From a virus (taxonomy: Duplodnaviria; Caudoviricetes), in IMG/VR virus record IMGVR_UViG_3300016466_000663, positions 1-25,971 of that record: a DNA stretch of 25,971 nucleotides, one strand, 5' to 3'. Numbering within the stretch: position 1 is the stretch's first letter; each line of letters begins with the position of its first letter. The position numbers were made by a program, and so were the translations under genes. Shown piece by piece: positions 1 through 8,045 of this stretch. A model generated the notes under the pieces. The model did not search any database. It saw only the letters and a list, made by a program, of their open reading frames with translations, and was not told where the DNA came from.

Positions 1-1201
1 AGAACACAGCCTGATCGGTATACAGACGAAGCTCGTAAGCTGCGCTGTTTTCCAGATCGCGGAAGAATTCTTCACCTTGGCCTGGACGCTTGAAGGTCAT
101 GTCGGTTGAACCAACACGGAACCAATCTTCGATGCTGAGAAGGTAAGCATAACCTTCCTTCACATAGATTGAAGGTTCAATTTCAATCAGACCATTTTGT
201 GAGTGGAACATGAGCTTTTCAGCGCCATTGTCCATCTTAGCAGCGCTGTATGAACCATCATAACGACGGAGAGCTGCTTGGTCAGAGAGCATGTTTGCCC
301 ATGCGCGTGGATTAACCATCGCGACGAGTGGTCCTTCTAGACCCTTTTCAACTGCGCGAGCTGCTGCGAGGTTCAGCTTGGTGAAGCTGAGAGCGGCAGA
401 TCCTGCGGAGTAGATGTTACCACGGAACAGATTGTAAGTTCCAACGTCAATGTTAAACAGAGTTCCAGAAGTGATGCTGAGAATCTTGTGGATTCCAGGG
501 AACTCGTTGCCATAAGCACCTTTGTGCCAAATAACGTCAGTTGCTACAACGCCAGCGGCTTGAGCATCAGCGCTAAGAGTAAGAACTCGGGTGTCCATGT
601 TAACAGAAACCACTTTGAACTCACCACGGCTGACTGAACCAGCGGCGTTGCGAATCTCAATTGGCATTCCTTCTGCACCGGCCCAAATTCCTGGTGCCCA
701 TTCAGCGGTAGCAACAGTAACTGCTGCACCTGCTGCTGAAGCAACTGCTCCATAGCCCATCTGACCATAAAGCATTTGGATTTCCATTTTCTTAGCCATT
801 GAGCGAAGCATGTTCGCGACTAGGAACTTGGTAGCATCCATGAATGCCTTTTGTCCACCCAGAGCGGCGCGGCTTGCTGCCACGTAGCCAAGGAGTGAAC
901 GGAGAACGGCTGGAGAACCCTTAACCTGTGCGTCCTTCACCTGACCGGCGACTGGAGCATTGAGGTTGAAAGCGTCTTCATCGCTACCGGCGAAAGTAAC
1001 GCCGTGTTCCAGACCAAGAATAACTGGCTGGTGATAAAGGTTACCCGGTTGCTTGTCCTTAGACATGAACTTGATCTTGTTCAGAAGCTTTACGCCATCT
1101 GGGATCAGTTCACCGAGCTTTTCTGCATAAGTTTCCTTGAAGAAACCGTTTAGTGTACCTACTGTATTATTCGGCGTACCGAATGAATTTGCTGTTGCCA
1201 T
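1..1201 (-). CDS. major capsid protein (partial, runs off the window start)
   Basis: Not in the ORF track. My translation is open from ATG at 1201 (MATANSFGTPNNTVGTLNGFFKETYAEKLGELIP...YELRLYTDQAVF) for about 400 codons. It follows the scaffold gene, and its size and composition fit an HK97-fold coat protein. Confidence 0.88.
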   Translation of the reverse strand, partial: MATANSFGTPNNTVGTLNGFFKETYAEKLGELIPDGVKLLNKIKFMSKDKQPGNLYHQPVILGLEHGVTFAGSDEDAFNLNAPVAGQVKDAQVKGSPAVLRSLLGYVAASRAALGGQKAFMDATKFLVANMLRSMAKKMEIQMLYGQMGYGAVASAAGAAVTVATAEWAPGIWAGAEGMPIEIRNAAGSVSRGEFKVVSVNMDTRVLTLSADAQAAGVVATDVIWHKGAYGNEFPGIHKILSITSGTLFNIDVGTYNLFRGNIYSAGSAALSFTKLNLAAARAVEKGLEGPLVAMVNPRAWANMLSDQAALRRYDGSYSAAKMDNGAEKLMFHSQNGLIEIEPSIYVKEGYAYLLSIEDWFRVGSTDMTFKRPGQGEEFFRDLENSAAYELRLYTDQAVF

Positions 1202-1223
1202 AATCTTATATTATTCCTTTCTA

Positions 1224-1526
1224 TTATTCAGCCACAACGTACTTGAGGATGATTGAGTCAGCGTCAGCAATAGCGGCGCTGAGAGTGAGAGTGATTTGTG
1301 AACCGGAAATTGCAATTCCGGCTTGAGCGATCAGATACACGCCAACAGAATCATCGCAATGCAGAGCAGCGCGAACTTCCTTAACGGGTTCCTTAACGTC
1401 GATGGTTACGTCAGTTCCTGCTCCAACAGAGAGAATACTAACGTCTGACTTCTTGACGCAAATCTCTTGAACCTTCAGTTGAAGACCAAGGACTGCATCA
1501 TCTTTTGACTGATATGAAATACTCAT
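1224..1526 (-). CDS. putative capsid decoration / minor head protein
   Basis: 100 aa, beta-rich, between scaffold and capsid genes; AAGGA RBS; ends in ADSIILKY like the local fibre domains. Confidence 0.5.
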   Translation of the reverse strand: MSISYQSKDDAVLGLQLKVQEICVKKSDVSILSVGAGTDVTIDVKEPVKEVRAALHCDDSVGVYLIAQAGIAISGSQITLTLSAAIADADSIILKYVVAE

Positions 1527-1671
1527 ATTTTATTTGTCCTTTTATTATTGTTTAATTTGAGAACGCAAAGCGTTCAGTTGTCTACAACGTGTCCAGAGCT
1601 TTACCCAATATCCATACTCGGTATTCCCGGCTATATAGAGTCGAATAATAACAGACACTTAAAAATCTAAT

Positions 1672-1683
1672 TATAGTTGTTAA
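1672..1683 (-). promoter_or_regulatory. phage late-promoter-like motif TTAACAACTATA
   Basis: Exact copy of a 12-mer that recurs at operon starts; lies just downstream of a terminator and upstream of the decoration/capsid operon. Confidence 0.7.
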
Positions 1684-1692
1684 AATTGATAG

Positions 1693-1733
1693 AAAAAAGG
1701 CGTATCACAAATCATGATTCGTAATACGCCTTT
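1693..1733 (-). terminator. intrinsic terminator after the scaffold gene
   Basis: AAAGGCGTAT...ATACGCCTTT inverted repeat followed by a T-run on the minus strand. Confidence 0.7.
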
Positions 1734-1745
1734 AATTATAATAAC

Positions 1746-2708
1746 TTACACGCCAAAGAAATCGCGGAAAGTTTTCTTTTGTGCATCGTTAGCTGAAGCA
1801 CTTGCCTTAGCTGATGCACCTGTGTCCTTAATAGCGGACTTTACCGGTTGCGGAGCGCTCTTAGCCTTAGCAACATTCTTCTTACGAACGCGGTTAAAAA
1901 CGTCCTTGCCGACGATCTTTTCAATGACTTCATCTGGCATGACGGCGAACATTTCACGAAGATCATTTTGGATTTCGTCGCGAACGAGCGGGAGAACGTC
2001 TTCTGGAGAAACGTCAATACCTTCATTCAGTCCAAGAAGCATATAATCGGCAATCTTCTTGACGACATATGGAGACTTTGGAAGGTCGCTAGTTTCAATT
2101 GCCTTTGAAATTAGGGTGTCATAGCGCTCATACTCCATTTCTTGAAGACGAGCAAATTCTTTTTCACGAGCTTCTTCACGTTCGCGCTCGCGTTCTTCTT
2201 GAAGAGCCTTTAGCTCATTCTCAAGACGTTCTTTTTCAAGCTGTTCTGGAGACTTCTGAGCGTTAGCAATTTCTTCTTCAATAATCTGAGCGGCAAGCTG
2301 CTTAACGTCAATACCAATTGATGGATCGGCAAGAACCTTCTTTGGATTCTTACGGAGTTCTTCAAGGAAATATTTTACTTCTTTTTGAAGCTGGCTAGAT
2401 TCAGCCATGCGTTTCTGAGCCGCTTTTGAGAGTTGAAGCTGGCGAGTCATGTACTCAACGACTTCTGGATTGTCATCAAGCTCAAATGGAAGCTCTTCTT
2501 CAAGCTCTTGACCATCAACCTTAAGCTTTAGCTTACGGATGCGAGCCGCTTCTTTCTTAGCTTCTGAGGTAGTTTGTGCTTCGCCTTCAGCGGCGGCGCC
2601 TTCAAGTCCTTCAACGGCTTGTGAAGACTCAAGTTCTGAAGATTCAGAGGAAGCAGAAGCTTCGGTGGAGGGGGAAATAGATTGTGCTGTATTATTATTA
2701 TCTGACAT
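1746..2708 (-). CDS. capsid scaffolding protein
   Basis: 320 aa with an acidic low-complexity N-terminus, a KLKVDGQELE motif typical of podovirus-type scaffolds, coiled coil, and position upstream of the capsid gene. Confidence 0.8.
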   Translation of the reverse strand: MSDNNNTAQSISPSTEASASSESSELESSQAVEGLEGAAAEGEAQTTSEAKKEAARIRKLKLKVDGQELEEELPFELDDNPEVVEYMTRQLQLSKAAQKRMAESSQLQKEVKYFLEELRKNPKKVLADPSIGIDVKQLAAQIIEEEIANAQKSPEQLEKERLENELKALQEEREREREEAREKEFARLQEMEYERYDTLISKAIETSDLPKSPYVVKKIADYMLLGLNEGIDVSPEDVLPLVRDEIQNDLREMFAVMPDEVIEKIVGKDVFNRVRKKNVAKAKSAPQPVKSAIKDTGASAKASASANDAQKKTFRDFFGV

Positions 2709-2782
2709 ATAGAATACCTTTCATAATCCCATAATGGGGTATATTAAGTTATCTCGCCTGTAATTAGGTGGAGATTTCTATA

Positions 2783-2794
2783 TATAGTTGTTAA
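2783..2794 (-). promoter_or_regulatory. late-promoter-like motif TTAACAACTATA
   Basis: Exact copy, 74 nt upstream of the scaffold ATG. Confidence 0.7.
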
Positions 2795-2805
2795 ATTATA
2801 GAAAA

Positions 2806-4371
2806 TTATTTGCGATAAAGAGCAGCAATTTCTTCGGGAGTTAGCTGTCGATTGGTGGGTTTATCGGATTCTTTTGCTGTTTCAGTTGGAGAAAGAATTT
2901 GATATATTTTAGAAAAGGGAGCTATAAACTCCCCAGCGGTGTTTAAACCTTCGGATATAACGCGTCTATCTTCTTCTGGATTACCGAGATATTTTTGAGC
3001 TATTTCAGCGGCTTTTGCTTCCTCTGGAGTTAATGAATCAACGGCGCCCATTAACCCGCCAATTCCGGCCACTTTTGAGCCAGATTTCACAGCAGTAAGT
3101 GCTTCTGAAAGTTTTTTATTAAATTCTTTTTGATTACCTTTAGCGTATAATTTTTCTAGTTCTTTATCGTTTAAGGCTATTGCAAGTTTAGGATTTTGTT
3201 TTGCAACGGCTTGTTGATATTTTTTATCCGATTTGTAAAAATCAGAAGAAGGTTGCTCAGAACTAATTTTTCGATTTAACGCTTGAATAAAATTCGCGTC
3301 TTTTGGATCGTATTTTTTAGAAGAAGCTTCAAATGGTTTGGTTATTATTTCTCGTTCTTTATCAAATTGACCAATTTTACTAAGATCGTCCATCAAATAT
3401 GGAATAGATCCAACTTTAGAAGACGGAACCCACGTTTCATAAATGTCACCGCCATAATTTCGAGCAAACGTTCCGGCTATTTCAGGATCAGTTGTAAAAC
3501 TTAATGGAACGTCTTTTGCTTTTTCAAGGTTTTTATCACCTCTATATAATTTAAACTCGTGCTCTCCAGTGACGGGATTTTGTCGAACGTCAGTTAAAGC
3601 TGATAATCTTCGTAGCGCTTCTTTTTTAGCGGTTCCCGTAGGGTCGAGGTCAAGTTGATTTTGAAGGGCCTCTCGCATTGGCCATTTTTTTTCAATTCCC
3701 GCCTTTTCAGACCCTGAAACCCAATCAAGTAAAGGAGAAATTGTTTTTTCTTTAAGAATCTTTCTCGCGGCAGCACTACCTTTAACTCCAGCTTCAGATT
3801 CATCTGGAAATAAACTAGCCAAACCAAGACCAGCGGCAGCAAAACCAGCAACTTTTGCTGCACTTAGTTTATTTGCCGGACCCAGTTCTTTATTTAATCT
3901 ATCTATATTAATAGATTGAAAAATCGGAAACGTTTCTTTACCGATTTCGTGTAATTCGCGAGAAGTCGCACCTTGTTCCATCGCCTTGTTTAGTTTTTCT
4001 TTTTGTTTTAATAATGTACGAATAGTGCTCGCTTCCGTAGAATCTTTTGGAAGTTTTTGTAGAATGTCTTCAAGATTAAGACTATTATATAAATTAACAA
4101 GCCTTTCTGTTGCGGCAGTTTTTTCTGCGGCAGAGGCTAACGGATTTTTTAATGCATCAGAAACTTCTTGTCTTACGTTTTTTATAGCGCCAAGTTCATC
4201 TTGGTGTGGTACGAGCACGTTTTGTGCAGCGCGTTGTTCTTTTGTAAGAAGTTGATCCGGCGCTTCAAATCTAGGCAGCTTCCCTTTTTCGGCTTTTTTT
4301 GCTAAATCCTTTAATTCAGAAAGTCTTTGAGTTGCAGTTGAAACTTGTTTAAATATTTTACTAAAAGGCAT
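2806..4371 (-). CDS. putative virion-internal protein with an ADP-ribosyltransferase (R-S-E) domain
   Basis: 521 aa; KLYRG...LSFTTDPEIA...KEREII gives the R, S-x-T and E-x-E motifs in the order found in cholera-toxin-like ARTs; hydrophobic Gly/Ala segments flank the domain. Confidence 0.65.
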   Translation of the reverse strand: MPFSKIFKQVSTATQRLSELKDLAKKAEKGKLPRFEAPDQLLTKEQRAAQNVLVPHQDELGAIKNVRQEVSDALKNPLASAAEKTAATERLVNLYNSLNLEDILQKLPKDSTEASTIRTLLKQKEKLNKAMEQGATSRELHEIGKETFPIFQSINIDRLNKELGPANKLSAAKVAGFAAAGLGLASLFPDESEAGVKGSAAARKILKEKTISPLLDWVSGSEKAGIEKKWPMREALQNQLDLDPTGTAKKEALRRLSALTDVRQNPVTGEHEFKLYRGDKNLEKAKDVPLSFTTDPEIAGTFARNYGGDIYETWVPSSKVGSIPYLMDDLSKIGQFDKEREIITKPFEASSKKYDPKDANFIQALNRKISSEQPSSDFYKSDKKYQQAVAKQNPKLAIALNDKELEKLYAKGNQKEFNKKLSEALTAVKSGSKVAGIGGLMGAVDSLTPEEAKAAEIAQKYLGNPEEDRRVISEGLNTAGEFIAPFSKIYQILSPTETAKESDKPTNRQLTPEEIAALYRK

Positions 4372-4496
4372 TACTTTTTATCTTTCTTATCCTTACACTT
4401 ACACGTTTCCTTGACCTTTTTGAAACGTTCCTTAGACCCATATGATTCTTTGTATATGGGTTTTAAAGTGGTGTATGTATTAGTTGAAGAAGACAT
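4371..4496 (-). CDS. 41-aa basic peptide resembling the capsid protein N-terminus
   Basis: Below the track cutoff: MSSSTNTYTTLKPIYKESYGSKERFKKVKETCKCKDKKDKK. It fills the gap exactly, with TAATG stop/start overlaps on both sides. Confidence 0.75.
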   Translation of the reverse strand: MSSSTNTYTTLKPIYKESYGSKERFKKVKETCKCKDKKDKK

Positions 4497-5287
4497 TATT
4501 TACTCTTTATTGTTCCTATATTCATGAGTCTTCTCAAAGCAGCGCTTTGTATATCTTGAATTTTACCGGAATCGTGCTCGTCCCATCCATATACGGGCGC
4601 GCCCCTAAAATGACCGGGGTAATCGAGTTTACCCTCCTTTTTATAATCTTCCGCGTGTCTTAATTCATGAATAATGGTATTAAGGTGACGATTTAATTGC
4701 TCCGTTTGTTGTTGTTTTTGTTTAGCAATCGGCATTTTTGGTAATTTTTTACCAGCAAGTATACCATGCAGTGCCTCCATAAGACTACGTTCGTCTTCTC
4801 GATTGCTGTCTATATACTCAAATGGATTAATTTCATTATTTACAAAGATGGAGTTTTTATCGGCATTAAATTTACCGTAAGCGCCCAGCATGGGGGTTGA
4901 TTCATGAATAGGAACGTTTTCTAATCCTTTTTCCTTTTTAATTTGATTTATTATTTTATAATTTTTAGTGATTCTGTCGTCATTTGGAAGAGTAACTTTC
5001 ATTTTTTCCGCGTCTTTTAAATAAGCCTCTGAAGCAGCTGCCTCTGCCTCTTTATATGCGTCACTTTCCTCAATGGATCTAAATGGAGAACCCCTCCCTT
5101 TATAAAACATCTCGCCAGCGCCGGACACATATGGACCATACTGAGGATTAAGTAATCTTCCAACCGCAGTCGTTGGGTCGCGCATTTCCCTTAGTTCTTC
5201 TGGACTAAATTCTATTTCTGGAGAAGAAGGCATCGCTTCTTCCTCGGAGTTATCAAGAAAAGATTTTAATTTACTCCAGTACGACAT
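4496..5287 (-). CDS. putative zinc metallopeptidase (HEXXH)
   Basis: 263 aa; NTIIHELRHAEDY motif, preceded by a G-x-F...IFVN strand typical of zincins. Confidence 0.65.
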   Translation of the reverse strand: MSYWSKLKSFLDNSEEEAMPSSPEIEFSPEELREMRDPTTAVGRLLNPQYGPYVSGAGEMFYKGRGSPFRSIEESDAYKEAEAAASEAYLKDAEKMKVTLPNDDRITKNYKIINQIKKEKGLENVPIHESTPMLGAYGKFNADKNSIFVNNEINPFEYIDSNREDERSLMEALHGILAGKKLPKMPIAKQKQQQTEQLNRHLNTIIHELRHAEDYKKEGKLDYPGHFRGAPVYGWDEHDSGKIQDIQSAALRRLMNIGTIKSK

Positions 5288-5289
5288 AA

Positions 5290-5706
5290 TTACTTAATCC
5301 TTTGCTTAATTTTATACTGGCGAATTTCAGAATTATCGCAGATTGTGCCAAGAAGCTGTTCAGTGCCCGGAGAAACGCCAGCGGCGATTGTCGCAGCAAC
5401 CTTTTTACAAAGCTCTTGTTCCATCATCTGTTGATACTGATAGAATACTTTATTTTCTTTAATGCCAACGGAAGGAGCGGCTTTTAGCCTTTCTGCAACT
5501 TCCATCAGGATAGTCTGCGGACGAAACGCTTCTTCTCCCATTAGGCCGATAATGCGTTCAGCAACGCCATCGTAATCATCGGCAGCGGCTTCGTAAGCGT
5601 CACCAAAAAACTTGTGGTCACTATGAAACGGAGCGCGAGCCACAAGATGATGGGCTGTTTGTGCAAACATTTGCATCGCACGAAGATGTACTAAAATATC
5701 TCTCAT
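5290..5706 (-). CDS. Dps/ferritin-like protein
   Basis: 138 aa, helical; H...H(KFF)...Y...D(GV)AER matches the Dps ferroxidase-centre signature. Confidence 0.75.
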   Translation of the reverse strand: MRDILVHLRAMQMFAQTAHHLVARAPFHSDHKFFGDAYEAAADDYDGVAERIIGLMGEEAFRPQTILMEVAERLKAAPSVGIKENKVFYQYQQMMEQELCKKVAATIAAGVSPGTEQLLGTICDNSEIRQYKIKQRIK

Positions 5707-5716
5707 ATATCACCTT

Positions 5717-5878
5717 TTAAAAAGCAACCCCTTTAATTTTTTTAATATCAGCATTTTTCATTTTTTCTGCGAACTTTTTAGGATCTTCAGATGCTTTTTT
5801 TTGAGCAGTTGCTACTTTAGAAGATCCGAATTTCTTTCCTAAAATCTTTTTAAGTTTATTAAATTTAGAAGTAAACAT
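5717..5878 (-). CDS. 53-aa Lys-rich protein
   Basis: Below the track cutoff: MFTSKFNKLKKILGKKFGSSKVATAQKKASEDPKKFAEKMKNADIKKIKGVAF. It fills the gap between its neighbours. Confidence 0.75.
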   Translation of the reverse strand: MFTSKFNKLKKILGKKFGSSKVATAQKKASEDPKKFAEKMKNADIKKIKGVAF

Positions 5879-5879
5879 A

Positions 5880-6125
5880 TTAAGACTTTTTCATTGCCTT
5901 TTTTAACCTAGAAAATCTTACTTTGCTGGTTTTATGTCCCGCTTTTTGCTTATCAGCAATAGCCCGTTTTTTTTGTGATTCAGAAAGTTCTCCCCAAGTT
6001 TTAGGGGTTTCTGAAGAAACACGGCGAGATGGACGACACTTTGGCATACCTTTTGTGGTTCCAGATCCACATTCGTCGCCCTTTTGATTTGTCCACTTTT
6101 CAGCAAACCAGCGTTTTAAGCTCAC
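5880..6125 (-). CDS. small basic conserved viral protein (DUF5872-like, from memory)
   Basis: LKRWFAEKW...CG...PKCRPSRRVS..TPKT, a pattern I recall from aquatic phages; ATGA-type overlap with the upstream gene. Confidence 0.7.
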   Translation of the reverse strand: MSLKRWFAEKWTNQKGDECGSGTTKGMPKCRPSRRVSSETPKTWGELSESQKKRAIADKQKAGHKTSKVRFSRLKKAMKKS

Positions 6126-6310
6126 GAACGGTATCCTCCCCCACGAGCTTTATACGTTTTTACAACCCAAGCAGAAGCGTAGGCAGACGGCCACCTGTCG
6201 AACTTTTGTTTAGCCTCCGATTTAACGCGAGCGTACAATTCCGGATTGGTGGGTTTTGCTCCCTCCGTTTTGCGTATAGCTTTTTTGGTTTTGGAAAAAC
6301 GCTCGGACAT
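6122..6310 (-). CDS. small basic conserved viral protein
   Basis: KPTNPELY...AKQKFDRWPSAYASAWVVKTYKARGG; start placed at MSERF (6310), 2 nt after the stop of the upstream gene. Confidence 0.7.
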   Translation of the reverse strand: MSERFSKTKKAIRKTEGAKPTNPELYARVKSEAKQKFDRWPSAYASAWVVKTYKARGGGYRS

Positions 6311-6312
6311 AA

Positions 6313-6576
6313 TTACCTTTTCGACTTGCTTCCGAGGCATCTCCAACGTTTTCTGGAAAGTCGAAGAGGTGAATTAGGATCTTTTGCTGCTTTTGGAAAA
6401 TCACGCATTTGACCCATGCTTCTCGCGCAATAAGCATCACCCTTGGACGTGCCGGGGCGAATTCTGTCGCCGCCTCCTTTGGCTTGTCCAGCCTGTCCAT
6501 ACGACACTTTACGCGTGCGTCCGCCTACTGTCTTAACAATCTTAACAAAGCGTTTGCCTTTTGCAGGAGTTGCCAT
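6313..6576 (-). CDS. small basic conserved phage protein (DUF6321-like, from memory)
   Basis: KVSYGQAG...YCARS.G...AKDPNS.LRLSRKRWRC; first gene after a late motif. Confidence 0.7.
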   Translation of the reverse strand: MATPAKGKRFVKIVKTVGGRTRKVSYGQAGQAKGGGDRIRPGTSKGDAYCARSMGQMRDFPKAAKDPNSPLRLSRKRWRCLGSKSKR

Positions 6577-6579
6577 GTT

Positions 6580-6591
6580 TATAGTTGTTAA
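6580..6591 (-). promoter_or_regulatory. late-promoter-like motif TTAACAACTATA
   Basis: Exact copy, 3 nt before the ATG at 6576. Confidence 0.7.
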
Positions 6592-6630
6592 AACATGATT
6601 ATTCTTAATTGTTAAGAAATATAAACAATA

Positions 6631-7743
6631 TTATAAATTAACTTGAAGTACATTACCGGCACCACCGATGCCACCATTTTCCGCGTCTTCTCGTGGAGTC
6701 GCTGCGCTTCCCGCACTTCCGGTGTGTTCGGTGCTGGTTCCGGCCCCAAGATTAATAATTACAACTCGCCCGCCCGCTCCCCCATCGCCGCCATCACCAG
6801 CAACGGCGCCCATACTACCACGGTCAGCACCATTACCACCGGCTCCTCCACTAGCAGAAACACAGTTTGTTTTTTGTGACCCAGTTAATTCGTTATAAAC
6901 TAAATAAATAAATCCACCACCGCCACCGCCTCCGCCACCAGCTCCCGCAGCACCACCAGTTGAAACAAACGTACCATTAGCACCATTTCCGCCATTTGCT
7001 GAAATAGCACCGACTGCTGTATTTGTTCCTCGATTTATTTTTTTAGCAAAAATTGCAACAACTCCGCCACCGGCTCCTCCGCCACCACCGCCTCCGCCAT
7101 TTCCACCACCGCCGCCACCAGGAGCACCGCCGCCTCCCTCAACAATAGTCGCCCCCCTAATCAAATGTTCCGTTACATAACGAAAGGCGGTAGTTGTAGA
7201 AGGCATTGCTGTGGCAGAGCGGGCTACACCTCCAGACCCTTCTTCGGAATTTCCGCCAGCACCACTTCCTCCACCACTGCCCCCATTTGCACAAGTCAAA
7301 GAAGCGACAGCGGATGCTTGAAGACCTTGGTTACCGCCAGATGTTCCTGCTTGAGATCCACCAATTGTTGCTGATAAAACGGCAGAACCACCCAATCCGC
7401 CTGTAGAACCGCTGCCCGTAGAACCGGAATTGCCATCAAAATTAATTGCGTTAGCAGAAGCGTTTGCGATGTCTAATGTGTCTTTTACAAAAATTCTAAA
7501 GCCGTTTGTTTTAATTTTAGCTGTGCCCGAAAGAGTCAAATTTTCATAAAACATATCTCTTGTAAGGGTGGTTGTTCCAGAAGAAAGAGACACGGTACCA
7601 TCAGAACCGGTACCAAATGGACCTAAAGCCGCTATTTTAGCATTGATAGTATCATCTGCCGATTGTCGAGCTTGTGTTTCAGCAGCAAGTTCGCTATCGG
7701 TTGTCATTTCGGGATTAATAAATCTTGAATCAATTTTAGTCAT
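6631..7743 (-). CDS. glycine-rich fibre/spike protein
   Basis: 370 aa; short N-terminal coiled coil (LAAETQARQSAD) followed by GGxGGGG runs alternating with beta strands. Confidence 0.7.
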   Translation of the reverse strand: MTKIDSRFINPEMTTDSELAAETQARQSADDTINAKIAALGPFGTGSDGTVSLSSGTTTLTRDMFYENLTLSGTAKIKTNGFRIFVKDTLDIANASANAINFDGNSGSTGSGSTGGLGGSAVLSATIGGSQAGTSGGNQGLQASAVASLTCANGGSGGGSGAGGNSEEGSGGVARSATAMPSTTTAFRYVTEHLIRGATIVEGGGGAPGGGGGGNGGGGGGGGAGGGVVAIFAKKINRGTNTAVGAISANGGNGANGTFVSTGGAAGAGGGGGGGGGFIYLVYNELTGSQKTNCVSASGGAGGNGADRGSMGAVAGDGGDGGAGGRVVIINLGAGTSTEHTGSAGSAATPREDAENGGIGGAGNVLQVNL

Positions 7744-7754
7744 AATAAAATCCT

Positions 7755-7973
7755 TTAAAATTTATGCAGTTTTTGAATAATTGGTAAAATAAAGATATCA
7801 GCTTTTTCTTTATTCATAAGATAAAGAATTGAGGCGGTTTGAATAAGATTTAAAAACACCATCTTATAAAAATAATGCTTGTATTTTAAAGAAGGAGGTT
7901 TTGTTGTCCTTTTTACCGAAGGAGCGTTTGGGTCTTTTAAAACGATCTTGGCCATGACAAGATTATACTGCAT
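7755..7973 (-). CDS. small putative membrane protein
   Basis: One hydrophobic stretch (MVFLNLIQTASILYLM); start codon uncertain. Confidence 0.5.
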   Translation of the reverse strand: MQYNLVMAKIVLKDPNAPSVKRTTKPPSLKYKHYFYKMVFLNLIQTASILYLMNKEKADIFILPIIQKLHKF

Positions 7974-7990
7974 TATAATAAAATAACAAT

Positions 7991-8024
7991 AAAAAAGGCC
8001 CCCCGAAATTAATCGAGGAGCCTT
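7991..8024 (-). terminator. intrinsic terminator
   Basis: Minus strand AAGGCTCCTCGA-TTAATT-TCGGGGGGCCTTTTTT, downstream of the 487-aa gene. Confidence 0.75.
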
Positions 8025-8045
8025 ATTATTTATCGTATTATGTAA

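Noticed and set aside
544-768. 74-aa minus-strand ORF
   Set aside because: Out-of-frame shadow inside the major capsid gene, which the track missed because it has no stop in the window.
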